From Asterias rubens (taxonomy: Eukaryota), in the NCBI RefSeq assembly GCF_902459465.1, contig NC_047071.1:2108001-2172000 (forward strand): 64,000 nt of DNA, in the 5' to 3' direction. The notes beneath the pieces were generated by a model. That model saw only the letters and a list, made by a program, of their open reading frames with translations, had not been told where the DNA came from and ran no database searches. Below are positions 63,418 to 64,000 of the stretch, in pieces. A program made the position numbers and the translations under genes. Position 1 is the first letter of the stretch, and each line of letters begins with the position of its first letter.

Positions 63418-63844
63418 GTAAGTTTTTATCCTTGAAATATATTTCCTTTCATTTCTTTTATTGGCTCTGCTTACCGCCAATTCTGCACTTACAATTACCA
63501 TTCTCAGCTTGACGACAAGTGCCAAATTTCTCCGCAAAGCCTTGTAAGCGTAGAATGACTATTAATGTGGAGTACGCACACGCACAAGCTAAAAGTCCCT
63601 TCTAAACTGTGAAATACACTTGACTTAAAGGTACAAAATTCGTTAGCGCTGATTGTTTGCTTACGACAAACACAAAATTGGGCCCTGGTCATTGCCTTGG
63701 TGCCCTTGAAATGCTACAGTTTAAATTTACAGTTTCCTCATAGGTTGCCTTTACCAAGGAGAAAATGCCTAGGTGCCCTTGCCCTTTCAAAAAGGAAGCC
63801 TGATTATGTAAAAGTTGCAAACTTCTTTTCCTTTTTTCTTGCAG

Positions 63845-63914
63845 TATCAAAGAGAAAGAGAAGATCAGTTTGGACGGTGAAGGAGATATGCGAATGAGAA
63901 GCAGCAACCAGTGA
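63845..63914 (+). CDS. BSG: Basigin-like exon 7: C-terminus (IKEKEKISLDGEGDMRMRSSNQ*)
   Basis: ttttttcttgcag acceptor, phase 2. The ending MRMRSSNQ resembles basigin VRQRNSS. Total CDS 1143 nt = 380 aa. Confidence 0.88.
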
Positions 63915-64000
63915 CTAACCAAAAGGACATGGCAAAATAGACCACAGACTCGAGTCCACCCTGAATAAAGAAAGAGATGGACAATATGACTCAATCTTCA

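Noticed and set aside
1-64000. CRISPR arrays, operons, rRNA or other prokaryotic/viral systems
   Set aside because: The repeats lack the constant-repeat/unique-spacer pattern, genes are spliced, and no long intronless ORFs or rRNA-like sequence were seen.

Overview
AT-rich, intron-rich animal genomic DNA with no prokaryotic features. The repeat content and basigin sequence suggest a marine deuterostome invertebrate, probably a sea star or other echinoderm; this is an inference. Two spliced protein-coding genes can be assembled on the + strand with consistent intron phases. (1) An unrecognised ~322-aa single-pass membrane protein with no signal peptide (coding exons 38734-38782, 39488-39653, 40104-40857). 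It has a Ser/His-rich cytoplasmic tail with repeated CxC motifs and a 5'UTR containing a chain of overlapping uORFs. (2) A complete ~380-aa, three-Ig-domain basigin/neuroplastin-family gene (7 coding exons, 48965-63914), with a partial duplicate of its transmembrane exon just upstream of the real one. The rest is intergenic or intronic DNA dense in non-autonomous elements: several TTAA-flanked Kolobok-like MITE families, CWG-flanked Harbinger-like MITEs, a Merlin-like MITE, a 1.2-kb element with a 6-bp TSD, two tRNA-related retroposon families, a Penelope-type minimal hammerhead motif, and many 120-185 bp local tandem duplications. No intact transposase or RT ORF was seen, and most ORF-track entries are noise. 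All alignments and counts were done by eye; superfamily labels rest on TIR/TSD rules only.
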